DNA of 64,000 nt from Octopus vulgaris (GCA_951406725.2 OX597832.1:46314001-46378000), one strand, 5' to 3'; shown: positions 42,766 to 57,364, counted from the stretch's first letter. Numbers and translations: made by a program. Notes: generated by a model not told the origin, from the letters alone.

Positions 42766-42973
42766 AATGTGACCGCGTGTGCACCGTTGGCGATTTTTTC
42801 CTCCGTCTTCCCTTCTCTGGATCTTTTCTTTTCCTATGTTTCTGACGAAGAGCTCCGCTCGAAACGTAAAACCCTCCTTCTTCCCTTCCTTCTTGAGCGT
42901 CCAATAATACTATATTTGTTCAACGTCCTCGCGTTGTTGTGTTTTCTCTTCGTGTTTTCATGTTTGGATTAAC
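42761..42973 (+). mobile_element. Family E element with intact hammerhead core
   Basis: Flanked by (TA)n on both sides; ends GTTTGGATTAAC. Confidence 0.88.
42838..42872 (+). ncRNA. Minimal type-I hammerhead ribozyme motif
   Basis: GTTT-CTGACGA-A-GAGC tcc GCTC-GAAAC-GTA-AAAC: stem I GTTT/AAAC, CUGANGA, stem II, GAAA, loopless palindromic stem III ACGT, GUA triplet. Confidence 0.75.
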
Positions 42974-43020
<47 letters not shown>

Positions 43021-43638
43021 TTGCATGTGTGCATATATGTGAAGGGATGTGTGTGTCTCTGTATGAACGCTATAAAACACTTTGCATATCACACTGCCAA
43101 TCATTCTTGAGTTTTGAAGTAGAAAAAAACATGTTATTACAATAATAGAACACATTTATTGTCGTTAATAAAGCAAATTTTTGTGATTTATTAAAGAGTA
43201 ACTCTGGCAGGTGTAATGCATACGTTGACATGTGTGTGCGCTTGTGTGGGTTTATGCTGCTGATTGTGTATGTTTTTGTAATTATCTGTATATTTTATTA
43301 GTAGTCACGTATGTCGATACCATATCTACATAAATCTACATGGATATGGACAAAATCTTTACTTATAAACAGACGCATATACGTGAATGAGGATGTGTGC
43401 CTTTATACACACAGGCGCGCGCACGACACACACACACACACATCCCAAAATGTATAATACATTTACAAAATGTATCAACACGGAATTGAAGCGTCAGTTT
43501 TTGGTATGAAACGGAAATATTACCAATCGAGGAATTAATCTATTTATACAAATCATACGTCGCATAATATAACGAAGTGCATTCGACCAACATATTGGAA
43601 TTTATGTGACACCACTCTTTCTCCTTTCTCTCTCTCAC

Positions 43639-43672
<34 letters not shown>

Positions 43673-44388
43673 ATATATATACACATATATATATATACAT
43701 ATATATATATATCTGTGTGTGTTTGTATATGTGTATGTTTTTGTGCGTGTTTGTGCGATGCGTGTAAGATATATAAACATGTTTATAAATATGTTTATAT
43801 GCATATAGAATCATATATACGTTCATGCATGAAAGAATATACGCGCTCAAGCATACACATATACGTACATACACAACAGATGCGCGTGCTCTCAACACAT
43901 ACACACTTAGTTGAGACATTGATCTACGTTTTTACTAAATGTGATATGAATTTGTGTATGTATGTGTCAAATATTCTTGTCTATCCGAACAGTCTTTCCC
44001 TTATAAATACAAATATATAATTCCTTCATATATACATGCGTGTGCGTCTATGAGTGCGTAGAAACACCTTTGTGCACGTTTGCTTGCGTATTCTTATACG
44101 CATGTATGTGTGTGTGTGTGAATGTTGTTGTTGACGTTATAAACATTTTATAAACATACAAGAACAAGGTGGAATGTTTCCTTTCGGAATAGAATATCGT
44201 GAAGCATACACATGAAGCTGTAAATATATCAATATGTATATATTGGTTAAAAAACATTTTGGATGGAAATATATGATGGCTGACTTCGAGTTTTCTATCC
44301 AGAATGTTTTTTGAGCCAATATTTATATGCTATTATCTATAGCCTAACATGTGTGTGCTTCGAGATCTGCTGTTCCTATATATATATA

Positions 44389-44469
<81 letters not shown>

Positions 44470-44554
44470 ATGTGTATCTGTGTGTATGTATTTGTGTATG
44501 TAGTATGTGTGTGTGTTTGTGTGTGAGTGAACGTGTTTGCGTTCATATACATAC

Positions 44555-44810
<256 letters not shown>

Positions 44811-45408
44811 ACACATTCAAAGAGAAAATGACTGCCAAATATTTACGTACACAATATATAGTCTATTGTAATAAAATAAATGAATACATACATACAGATA
44901 TAGAGAAAGAAAGAAAGAAAGAAAGAAGGAAAGAAAAAGAAAGACAGAAGAAGAGAGAAAGAAAGACAAATATTCAAAGCCAAAAAATATCAAACAAAAA
45001 TACAAAAAAAAGACAAATATAGATTTATCAACTACAATTACTACTTACTTTAATTGATTAATTCAATAAAAGTTGGACAGGTTTCTCGAATTTTCACTCC
45101 GTTCATTGACGGTTTATTTTGACAAGTTTGTCATTTTACCGGTTTTTAACTTTCCGTCTTCCAACACTAATTAGATTGTTCTTGTATCTCTGTCTTCATT
45201 GGATGCTATAGATACGTACGTGTATGTATACATACATACATATATACATATATACATACATACATACATACATACATACATACATACATACATACATACA
45301 TACACATATGTATGTATGCATATATGTATATATATGTATTCTATATGGACGTGTCTATCTATGTTCATAAGTGTGTGCAGATATATTTATATATTTGTAC
45401 ATATGTGC

Positions 45409-45470
<62 letters not shown>

Positions 45471-45545
45471 CTGTTTAGATATTTACATATATATTTATAT
45501 ATGTATATATATGTATATATATATGTATATATATATGTATGTATG

Positions 45546-45591
<46 letters not shown>

Positions 45592-45956
45592 TCGATGCAC
45601 ACACACACACACATATATATATATATTTATTTATCAAAATATACATAGGTGCACATATGTATCTAGATTCGTAGATAGATATGTACACATACATGTCTGT
45701 TTATATTCGTTTGTTGTTTTGACTTTTCGTAATGGGTAATGTAATTTGAAAAATAATCAGACAAATGTAATTGAATTATTTACTCATAAAAAGAAACAAG
45801 CAAAGAAAAATATAAAACAAAAACAAATAAAGACCCCCCCCCCCAAAGGATAAGATACGTAGATAAATGTAATGCACACGTCCATATAGTATATATGTGT
45901 GTATGTGTGTGTGTGTGTACATATTACATATATATGTGTATCTCTATATGCATATT

Positions 45957-46001
<45 letters not shown>

Positions 46002-46869
46002 GTATATATATATATACATATATACACGCATACATACATACATGTGTACACGCACACACGCAGACACATACACATACACATACATACTACCCGACATTGA
46101 ACGTCTATTGCGCAGACAGGCGAGACAAGCAGACACAAAAATCGAGATCTGTACGTGACTTGAATTTAATAAATGGAGGAAGCACTTTACATTCGAATAT
46201 TTGTAATTGAAATGTCGAACAAAAGAATATATTTTGCTATGATGTTAGTGTTCCTCCCAGCAGGTTTGAAGTAGTGTAATGACTATATATATATTTTTTA
46301 ACTAAATAAATATAAAATATCTCGAAGACATTTTAGAATACAATATAAATCAGTGATGTTTGCTTCAGCATTTTTTTCCCCCTATTACAGAACAGATGTT
46401 ATATTACAGCCTTTAGCAAGCGACAAGTAGAGATTCATAGATAATTATAATAGAATTATACACTAAAATCTTATAAAAGAAAAAAAAACTATACACAAAG
46501 ATTATCTTAATCACCAATTTCCGTCTATGTTATTATAAGAAGAATTTTCAAAAATATTTCAATTTAATTTTTAAAATCATTATTGATTTTTTTTTTTGAC
46601 ATTTCCACTTCATTATAATTCTATTTCTCAAAATTTTAAATTGATATGTATTTTTCTTATAAAAAGTGATATTAAGCATTAATTGTCTAATAATTAGTGT
46701 GAGTAGGAATATGGTATATGATTGAGTATGTCATACGTTTTTCTTTCATCTTTCAACGGATTCATTGCGTTTTTCTATTTACAGGGATGTGGTAAAAATC
46801 GGTTCTCACTGCGTCGTCCTAACTGGCAGAAGATCCGTTATTAATAATGTCGAATTGATTAAACATAAT

Positions 46870-47020
46870 CCAGTTTTCAACTGGTATTTATTTTATCGAC
46901 CCCGAAAGGATAAAATGCAAAGTCGACCTTAGTGGAATTTGAACACGGAAGGTAAAGAGTGATGAAACGAAGCTAAGCATTTTGCCCAGCTTGCTAACGA
47001 TTCTGCCTCCATGTTGCCTT
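46870..47020 (-). mobile_element. Degraded SINE B
   Basis: TATCGACCCCGAAAGGATAAAATGCAAAGTCGACC; head-to-head with the 47129 copy. Confidence 0.8.
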
Positions 47021-47128
47021 AAATCCATTATTAACAATGCTTTGCCCTTGATTCCGGTGAAACTATTAATTCTTTGTTGGCAAAGAGTAGACACAGGGAA
47101 CCTACAGAAGCAGATTATACTAGTTTTT

Positions 47129-47357
47129 GGCGAGCTGGCAGAAACGTTAGCACGCCGGGCGAAATGCGTAGCCGTATTTCGTCTGTCGTTACGTTCCGAG
47201 TTCAAATTCCGCCGAGGTCGACTTTGTCTTTCATCCTTTCGGGGTCGATAAATTAAGTACCAGTTACGCATTGGGGTCGATGTAATCGACTTAATGCGTT
47301 TGTCTGTCCTTGTTTGTCCTCTATGTGTTTAACCCCTTGTTGGGTAGTAAAGAAATA
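47129..47357 (+). mobile_element. SINE family B with ~15-bp TSD
   Basis: TATACTAGTTTTTGG (47116-47130) and TATACTTGTTTTTGG (47358-47372). Confidence 0.92.
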
Positions 47358-48201
47358 TATACTTGTTTTTGGTACCGAGTCAACGTGTGGAGCAACATGT
47401 GGGGCAGAAACATTCATCTAAGAAAGCTGCAATATTTACTTACATTGCCGAATTAGTAGAGCCATTAGTTGTGGACCACAACCTTCAAAATCTTCGTCAG
47501 CGAAGCGAAGCGAAGAAAAAATATACTGGAACTGCATATTTATTATAGTAGGGCCGCATATGTGTGTGTATGTGCTCGTGTGTGTGTTTGTCTGTACTCG
47601 CGTGTGTGTGTGTATTTCGTTTTAATTGGGGAACTCCAAGGAGACAAATTCACAAATAGCAGCAGTTAGAACATTGCGCTAAAACAAACTTCGGATAAAA
47701 AAACAGTCGGCAGCTGCCCCTGGGATTCGTACCCATATCTTCTTTGAAAACGATATGGCCTTATTTACTCTGAATTTCATCATGAAAACCATTTATATCG
47801 AAGTTTTAAAAAGACTAATCAATCTTACAACTTAATATATACATACATACATCACACACAAACATATGTGCATACATACTAAAACAACACACACACGCCA
47901 CATAAACTCACCATACGCAAGCACAGACATACCCACACACACACGCACACACACGCACATATGGAATTGATACCGAGGCTGTCGAGGTTGAACGTAGAGA
48001 CAAATGATCAGGATCATGCAAACAGGCAATTTTATAAAACGTATTACATCTTTTCACATACGATAATATTTATATGTTATCGTATGTGAAAAGATATGAT
48101 ATTATATATAGTATCTTCATTATACGAAAGTATAAATAGTATCTGCATTATTTTCCCAGACTTCTGTTAAAAATCTAATTTTAGTGAAGGGCTATAATTA
48201 G

Positions 48202-48248
<47 letters not shown>

Positions 48249-48250
<2 letters not shown>

Positions 48251-48458
48251 TAATCCAAACATGAAAACTCAAAGTGAAAACACAACGCGAGGACGTGGAA
48301 CAAATATACTATTATTGGACGCTCAGGAAGGAAGGGAAGAAGGAGGGTTTTACGTTTCGAGCGGAGCTCTTCGTCAGAAACACAGGAAAAGGAAAGATCC
48401 AGAGAAGAGAAGACGGAGGAAAAATAATCGGCAACGGTACACACGCGGTCATATTTTG
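48249..48458 (-). mobile_element. Family E element with intact hammerhead core
   Basis: Between TA tracts; matches the other E copies. Confidence 0.88.
48347..48381 (-). ncRNA. Minimal type-I hammerhead ribozyme motif
   Basis: Reverse complement is identical to 42838-42872 (GTTTCTGACGAAGAGCTCCGCTCGAAACGTAAAAC). Confidence 0.75.
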
Positions 48459-48496
<38 letters not shown>

Positions 48497-48615
48497 TAAA
48501 AAGAAATGGAGTTAACGCAGGTGGAATCAAATATTTTTACTTTCGACACATGCTGCCCTGGTAACTATTTATTTATTTTTTCCGTGTTAATTGTTAATAA
48601 GGTAAAAATACTCTC

Positions 48616-48667
<52 letters not shown>

Positions 48668-50428
48668 TACATTGGTCGCCACGAGTACCTCGGACCGTCA
48701 TGTTAGCTTTTGTCCAGCGGAAATGAAACGTCGTCTAGTCACACTTCTCATTAATTGGTTGATAGTAAAATATTACGAAGCAAATCTACGTCTTCATAAT
48801 TGATATACTGACGCGTATTGGAAAGGCTACCGAAACTATGGTTATAAGAAGCAGAGGTCAAATACCTCTCACATTAATTCATACTCCTTCACTGCAATAT
48901 GACTTGGACAATAGATCTACTTGGTCCGGAGCTTTTGGAGGCACGCAGCAACGATAACCACGAAAATAGCCACAGGGTAACAGTGATAAAAGCAAACACG
49001 GGCTAAAAATGACGATTTGTTAAGAGTATGACGTCCGACAATAATACGTAAAGCAACAATTATGCAACTCTAGCGATTGTCTTGAAACAAAAACGGTGGT
49101 TTAAGAATTACATAATTTTGCGACATAATCTTTTCTTTCTTTAAAGATGATTTTGAAAGCATATATAGTGTATTCTTCGCGCATCGGGATCTCAGTGTAA
49201 TTCTTGGAGTCAAATACGTTCTGCATAGAGCATCCCAGTTTGCAGTGATTGTATTAAGCGGGATGCCATTGCCATATTAAATATAATTTAAAATGTCTTA
49301 TTCACGAGCAATCTTCTTTAACTTTATTCTATTAAAAAATGCCAGTAAAACAAAATCACACATTTAATAGGTAATGTATATCCGTTTATAACGTTAAATG
49401 TGAATTCATTTAAACTGAATATTTCCTATATCATTGTTGTTGTTCTTGGTTGTGCTCCTGTTTTTGTTTTAGATGATAACCCTAGGTCATCAATAATTCA
49501 GAAGATTTATGATCGTTATTATATCATAGATCTTTGCTTTATTGCCTTTAAAATATGATGTATAAATGAAGACTTTGGCTCCTGATTGCTAATAAAATGG
49601 TGTACTCGTTATCAACATATCAACATTGCTCGTAGGAATTTTCTTAGTGTGTCCTTGAGCATTTTAAATAAAAGCACTTGCGAATATAGCAGAGATGCTT
49701 TTGTTTAAAAAAAAATGCGCCTTTTGATAAGAGTGTTATATTCGATTAAGAATATTCTCTCATGTAGAAATGCCTCAACAGTGAAATTATTGAACGGGTA
49801 ACATGAAGCTGTTAATTCGGAAACGTTAATCTCTTTGAGTTTGGTTTCCGTCCCTTTTGCTCGACGTTATATAGATTCTAATAAATGAAATCAGTTTCTT
49901 CGACAGTTCATATTAACCAGTACACTATCCATTTTGCATTATATGTTAATTCGAGGTGATTGTTCAAACTTACAAATATAACGAGACGCTCAAATAATCC
50001 TTCTCTATTAATCCTATCACCAAGAGAAACGTTGTCTATAGATCAAGTAATGTTCCAGACTCATTGCGTCATTTTGAATAAACTACATTTGCTGCTATTC
50101 TCTTTAAGCTTCGCATCAGCCATTTTGCGAATAATTAAGTAATTAAAGACAATCACAATTAGACGACTTTTTACTACATAAGTTGGTGAAAAGACAGCCT
50201 TCTTAGAGAGAGGATAAAATACCTCGTAGTATTTATTCCTATCTTCTCCTTACTGATTTCAAAATCCATGGAAGTTAACGGTATCATTTATCGATTCGGA
50301 ACGATATAAAACTCTCAACCAAGGAGAGTGAATTAGAGAAACTGTTAAGGCTTCAGGTAAGATGCCTTGTAATTTCGATTCTATGTGTTTGATAGCCACA
50401 CGTGTGGCGATTTTTATATTTATTTATA

Positions 50429-50685
50429 CGCCCTTTTTCAGCATAGCCAAGCTCATGGGCCCGGTTTCCCGGTTTCTGTGGCGTATGTATTCCGCCCCAG
50501 CTGGACGGGACGCCAGTCCAACGCAGCGTTACTCAAGAAACAGGAATAAAGAGTGAGAGAAAGTTGGGGCGAAAGAGTGCAACAGGGGTCGTCACTACCC
50601 CTGCCGAAGCCTCGTGAAGCTTTTTAAGTGTTTTCGCTCAATAAACACACACAACGCCCGGTCTGGGAATCGAAACCGCGATCCT
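50429..50685 (-). mobile_element. 5'-truncated SINE C-head/Y-tail
   Basis: C head (AGGATCGCGGTTTCGATTCCCAGACCGGGCGTTGTG) joined to the Y tail (GAGTAACGCTGCGTTGGACTGGCGTCCCGTCCAG). Confidence 0.88.
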
Positions 50686-51029
50686 CTCTCACTCTCTCTT
50701 CCTGTTTCTTGAGTAACGCTGGCAGAAACATTAGCACACCGGGTGAAATGCGTAGCCGTATTTCGTCTGCCGCTACGTTCTGACTTCAAATTCCGCTGAG
50801 GTCGACTTTGCCTTTCATCCTTTCGGGGGTCGATAAATTAAGTACCAGTTACGCACTGGGGTCGATGTAATCGACTTAATCCGTTTGTCTGTCCTTGTTT
50901 GTCCTCTCTGCGTTTAGCCCCTTGTGGGTAGTAAAGAAATAGGACTGGCGTCCCGTCCAGCTGGGGGGAACATACGCCACAGAAACCGGGAAGCCGGGCC
51001 CATGAGCGTGGCTAGGCTTGAAAAGGGCG
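50684..51029 (+). mobile_element. Second C/Y tail fragment interrupted by a SINE B (about 50718-50943)
   Basis: CCTGTTTCTTGAGTAACGCTG|B SINE|GGACTGGCGTCCCGTCCAG...AAAAGGGCG. Confidence 0.88.
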
Positions 51030-51333
51030 ACGTTTTTCGTTATCCTCTCAATAACAACTCAACTGAGGATTAACAAAAGCAACCACAACAGTGACAGCAA
51101 CATCGACAACATCAAAAACGACAAGCTGTAAAGTGAATACCTCTGAATTTTGCATTGAACAATGGCAAGGAAAGAATGAGAGAATGAAATGACGCTGTAT
51201 CTTCTTTGTTCGCTATTTCGATATAATGGCAAATCTCTCGTGTGAAATGTAGAAAATTACTTTAAGGATAAAATACAGAAAGACTTTCCTGAGTCATTTT
51301 GAACAATACACCAAGCAGATAATTGTACACAAA

Positions 51334-51835
51334 CACTCACTCACTCACTCAGTCACTCAGTCAGTCAGTCAGTCAGTCACTCACTCACTCACTCACTCAC
51401 TCACTCACTCATTCACTCACTCATTCACTCATTCACTCACTCATTCACTCATTCACTCATTCACTCACTCACTCACTCATTCACTCATTCACTCATTCAC
51501 TGACTGACTGACTGACTGACTCACTCACTCACTCACTCACTCACTCATTCACTCACCCACTCACTCACTCACTCATACATCCACTCACTCACTCAATCAC
51601 TCATTCATTCATTCACTCACTCATTCACTCACTCACTCACTCACTCACTCACTCACTCACTCACTCACTGCACTGACTAACTCACTCACTCATTCACTAA
51701 CTCACTCACCCATTCACTCACTCACTCACCCCCACACTCACTCACTCACTCACTCACTCATTCACTAACTCACCCACTCACCCACTCACTCACTCACTCA
51801 CTCAATCACTCATACACTCACTCACTCACTCACAT
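51334..51835. repeat. (TCAC)n tetranucleotide array
   Basis: Direct inspection. Confidence 0.97.
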
Positions 51836-52623
51836 ACACATCCACAGTCCAACAGACACGCAAACAACAGATTACACGTATAAACACACCCAAACACACA
51901 TCACATCCAGAAAATTCAGAAAAACAAAAAAATCAATCAGAAAGAGTGATGTTGGAATGAACTCTTATCGAATAACAATAAAGACAAAAGACGATCTTTT
52001 CAATCATTAATCTGAATTTTGCTGTAGTGGCAATATCTTTTATCGTCCATTTTTTTCCCACTTTCAGACCTTCATAGGCATTAGTGTATCATTGATAATG
52101 AAAATGGCGTTTCTTTTGTTGAAACTATTATTATTCCTAATTTCGGTGTTGTATTTTTGCTATTATTATACTTACTGTTGCGCGCTGATAGCTTTATCAA
52201 AATTTGTTTTTGTTTTTTTCATTATTATTATTATTATCAATATTTTACTGGCGTACATTGGTATTGATAGATCTTATCATAAATCTTTCTTCCTTTCCAC
52301 CTTCAAAAACCAAATAGAAATACAAAAAACAAAAGCCAAAAAAAAAGACAAACAAGAAAACATTACAAAATGATAGATAAGTACACTTATTATTGTTTAA
52401 ATTACCAGAAATATTTCATTCCTATACAGGAAAGTAAATAACAGATAATAACAGTGAATGTGTAAATATATTTCAAATTTTTCTCTCTCTGCCATCCTTT
52501 CTAATTCTTCCATTTTATCTTTTTTATCTCCCGCTCTGAAGCTCTGACACTCTCTTCTCTCATTTTCTGAGTCTGTATTTTTCTCACTGATACTCTCTTA
52601 TATACGCACATAGACACTCTCTG

Positions 52624-52658
<35 letters not shown>

Positions 52659-53077
52659 ATCTCTCTCACAGCATAAAATATTCACCTCTCCCCTTAAAGC
52701 AACAGTTCTATACATGTACAACACAGAGTCAGGAATAGTTTTCTATATTTTACAACACACACATTCCCTCTCTCTCTCTCTCCCATATATCTGTGCATGT
52801 ATACATACACATATACATACTCGTACATATATGTGTGTATATGTGTTTGGGTGTCTGTGTGTGAATGCAGATAGGTACATAGATATCTATGGATGCATAT
52901 ATTTTTAAAAACGGAGGCTGGAGAGTCAGATTAAGACAATAAAGGAATTAGTGTGAGTTACAAGTGTATGATACACTCGTTCTCGTGTGAATGTGTCTGT
53001 GAATACAACCGTTTATACACGAGTATAAGCAATCAATCTATCAATGTATGTGTAGATAAGTGAGTGAATATTTACAT

Positions 53078-53174
<97 letters not shown>

Positions 53175-53233
53175 CAGACAGATTTATAGATAGATAGTTA
53201 GTTAGATAGATATTTAGATAGATAGTTAGTTAA

Positions 53234-53265
<32 letters not shown>

Positions 53266-53324
53266 TTAGATAGATAGTTAGTTCGTTAGAAAGATAGATA
53301 GATAGATAGTTCCATAGATAGATG

Positions 53325-53375
<51 letters not shown>
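53078..53375. repeat. (GATA)n array
   Basis: Direct inspection. Confidence 0.97.
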
Positions 53376-53376
<1 letters not shown>

Positions 53377-53939
53377 TGTGTTTTTATATGTGTTTTTATG
53401 TATGTATTATACATGCGTGTACGTATGTAAACACGTAGGCATATACATGAATATTGAACAATAGTATACAAATAGACATGTGTATAGGTCTGTAAGTAGC
53501 TTGCTAATCGTATGTGCCTTTATATACGTATTGTTAGCTTGTGTGTTTATCTTGAAATTTGTTATTTCGAATGTAATTTTTTTTTTTTTGGTATTAATTT
53601 ATCATGTTATACTGACACGTCTCTCGATTCTTAAATAATCTATTGCATTTTATAAAAGAAACTTTTTACTGTATGATAACGATGAATAAATAAATTAAAA
53701 CAATACAAAAGCCGATAATTTGGATATTTTATGAACTAGATTCTATTTATGAGTCGGAATTGAACTGTATAAAAAAATTACGGAAATAGCATTTCCACAA
53801 CTTCCCATCTGCGCCATTGCAATTGAAATTTATACATATGTGTGTTTGGGGTGCGTGCCTGTGCGTGTGTGTATGCGCGCCCGTTTGTGCTTGTGTATGT
53901 GTATGCGTGTGTGTATGTATGTATAGGGATAAAAATGTG

Positions 53940-53970
<31 letters not shown>

Positions 53971-53975
53971 ATATG

Positions 53976-54023
<48 letters not shown>

Positions 54024-54280
54024 TGCATATATACACACATATACACATATATATACGTACAGTTGTACATTCACTTATACATGCTTACATACCTACATAC
54101 GTACATACATGCATGCATACATGCATAAATATATACATACATACACGCATATATACAGGCATACATACATACACGCATATACACATACATACATACATAC
54201 ATACATACATACATAGACACATACATCATATACACATGCATGCATATTCACATACATACATACATGAATACATACATACA

Positions 54281-54312
<32 letters not shown>

Positions 54313-54695
54313 CACATATACACACGTGTTGTTTACATTGGTGTTAAAGGCACTCTTTTGGCGAATCAATGAAGAATTTGCATGCAGTTTTCAGAAATGC
54401 TAGAAATATTCTGTTAACCTGTGGAGTGTGACAAATTGGGAAGGACTTTGAACTAATGTAGATTTGTGAGCGATTTTTGTATAATCTTCCCCTGAATATG
54501 TTAAAACAAAACTCAAATGCTAGTGTATATCATATGGTTACTTTAACATACAAACATCCTGTGTCACACCGGGAAAATAATAGTTAATACTAGAATGTCC
54601 TCATTTAAATTCATATTTAAAATATTGAGATATTGCAAAATTAGATTTAAATTTAAGAGGGATTACTCAGTGGGTTGACAATATCGTTTGCCAAC

Positions 54696-54912
54696 GGCGA
54701 GCTGGCAGAATCGTTAGCACGCCGGGCGAAATGCTTACCAGTATTTCGTCTGCCGTTACATTCTGAGTTCAAATTCCGCCGAGGTCGACTTTGCGTTTCA
54801 GCCTTTCGGGGTCGATTAAATAGGTACTAGTTACGCACTGGGGTCGATGTAATCGACTTAATCCCTTGTTTGTCTCCTCTATGTTTATCCCCTTGTGGGC
54901 AATAAAGAAATA
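54696..54912 (+). mobile_element. SINE family B with ~16-bp TSD
   Basis: AATATCGTTTGCCAAC (54680-54695) and AATATCTTTTACCAAC (54913-54928), two mismatches. Confidence 0.92.
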
Positions 54913-55153
54913 AATATCTTTTACCAACATTTTTGATATTCAAAATCCATATGTACGTAGACACCTCCAAATATTTCGCAAAATATTAATAGGTTCAAAG
55001 GGAATAACATTTACAAATAAGAGAACGCGTTTGGTGTATTGAAACAAATAACAGCAGAGAAAATACAATTAAGGATACTTAATATCTATCCCTACAATAA
55101 ACATGTCTGCTCTCTTAGAACAAAATCATCCTCTCGGTATTAATAGTGCCTCT

Positions 55154-55476
55154 CTAGGTAATTATTTTGTTAACAAGCTTACAAGCTATTCGCGACACCG
55201 GCGTCTTTTCTTGGACAGTTAGTCGCTGGCGTGGAGATTAATCACTGCTATCTCTAGCGGTTGAGCGTCTATCATTAAAAAGACCAAGGGAGGTCGACAT
55301 CACGTGGTCTGGTGGTCTCGATATTGTTCGAGGTGGGATTTATCTTCCGCTAGCGATATAGACAAGAGGGCATTTTGCACCAAAAGCCAGAGTTCCTCTG
55401 ATGGCAATTTCCGCAGTATTGTTTGTCCTGACAAAATATCCACGTTTAAGCGAGGATAAATATGACGTCCCGATAG
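55154..55476. mobile_element. Unclassified ~320-bp insertion with 13-bp direct repeat
   Basis: GC-richer island flanked by TAATAGTGCCTCT (55141-55153) and TAATAGTGTCTCT (55477-55489). Confidence 0.5.
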
Positions 55477-56056
55477 TAATAGTGTCTCTGTTGCTAGTAA
55501 ATATAATTAACAATAGCAACCAGATGCAAAATATGGAAGAGTCTATAAAGTTGGAATAGTTTATTAGTCGTCAATTCAAAGCCGTTTTTTTTTTGATGTG
55601 CGATACAGCTTTCCTTATTCATCATAGGTGAAATCGCGTATGCGAGAAATAAACTATTTTAGCCAATTGATAGTGAAATTCATTTTCATGACATATTGAT
55701 ATGCAAATTTCCCTATGTGCAATCATTTCTTCCAAATATCAATGTCGCACCTTCTGAGGTTATAAATTTAGGAAATGCATGTTCCCTACATTTATTATCA
55801 TTGACCATTCAATTTAATAATTAATTATTAGTATTAATCTACTTTGAACTCCAGATAAATTTGGATATTGAAGTTGTGTATTGTTTTTCCAAATGATTGA
55901 ATGTCTACGTACGCTGCATGAATGATATCTAAAACGTATTTTCAGCAAGCACTGTATAGTTTCGTTTCGTTATCTTTTGTAAGAGAGACTTTAATTCTTT
56001 TAAGTAATAACCTAGAAAGAACTCATACCATTGAAACGACAGATATTGCTGAAATT

Positions 56057-56410
56057 GTGTGGAGACGCAATGGCCCAGTGGTTAGGGCAGCGGACTCGCG
56101 GTCATAGGAACGCGGTTTCGATTCCCAGACCGGGCGTTGTGAGTATTTATTGAGCGAAAACACCTAAAAGCTCCACGAGGCTCCGGCAGGGGATTGTGGT
56201 GATCCCTGCTGTACTCTTTCACCACAACTTTCTCTCACTCTTACTTCCTGTTTCTGTGGTACCTGTATTTCAAGGGGCCGGCCTTGTCACTCTCTGTGTC
56301 ACGCTGAATATCCCTGAGAACTACGTTAAGGGTGCACGTATCTGTGGAGTGCTCAGCCACTTACACGTTAATTTCACGAGCAAGCTGTTCCATTGATTCG
56401 GAGTGCTTCC
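56057..56410 (+). mobile_element. SINE C-head/X-tail with 12-bp TSD
   Basis: TSD ATTGCTGAAATT at 56045-56056 and 56411-56422; small deletion near the 3' end relative to the 22512 copy. Confidence 0.92.
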
Positions 56411-57037
56411 ATTGCTGAAATTACATAGCTCTGAAGAAATATTTTTCGAGGGCATATTTTTCTGTTTGTACCAGCTATGGGAGTTGCATAATTATGCGTA
56501 GAACTGTAGCTGACTAGCTCCATTTCTACTAAAGTTTTGTATGTCTGTTCCAAGGAAGATTTCTTATCTTAAAGTTTATGAAACCATATATTGTGTCTCC
56601 TATAGTGTAATATTAATGTTGTTCTTGTGCTAAGCATTATGCTCCGAAGCCATTGTCAATCACATCACCATTGTAATTACGAGCTCTTAGGCTAAAGAAA
56701 TCGTTTTTAGACGATAAGCTCTACTCGGTACCACAATCAACTACGTTCTTAAAGATTATTAATTTATACCTGTGCTACACAGTTTTCGTTACGTTTACTT
56801 AAAGGCTAGGAGGTATTCGTAACTAAATGTAAAAAAATTGTCTACTCTTAGACTCCTGTCTAGCGTGAAATTTCATAGTATTTTTTCGAATGTATCATAG
56901 ACACTTTCATAGCAACATGCGATTCATAGCCATTCGTACGTCAAAACTGGTTTAGAAGCAGAAAGGATTTTGTAAAATTTCTAAGCGTGACGTTGATACC
57001 TCTGTCAAATTAAAAAGCATTTTCAAGAATGGATACC

Positions 57038-57275
57038 TTTTTACTCTTTTACTTGTGTCAGTCATTTGACAGTGGCCATGCTAGAGCACCGCCTTTAGTC
57101 GAGCAAATCGACCCCAGAACTTATTCTTTGTAAGCCTAGTACTTATTCTATCGGTCTGTTTTGCCGAACCGCTAAGTTACGGTGACGTAAACACACCAGT
57201 TTTGGTTGTCAAGCGATGTTGGGGTGGGGGTGGGGGGCAAACACGGACATACAAACATACACAGACACACACATA
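57038..57275 (-). mobile_element. SINE family A, 3' half
   Basis: Tail through to the internal microsatellite; head absent. Confidence 0.88.
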
Positions 57276-57320
57276 TATGCATGTACACAACCTTGGATAT
57301 CCTCGCTGCTTATTTTGATT

Positions 57321-57364
<44 letters not shown>

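Noticed and set aside
47698-47765. tRNA-like T-arm followed by a T run on the minus strand
   Set aside because: No D-arm/A box or acceptor stem; at most a decayed fragment.
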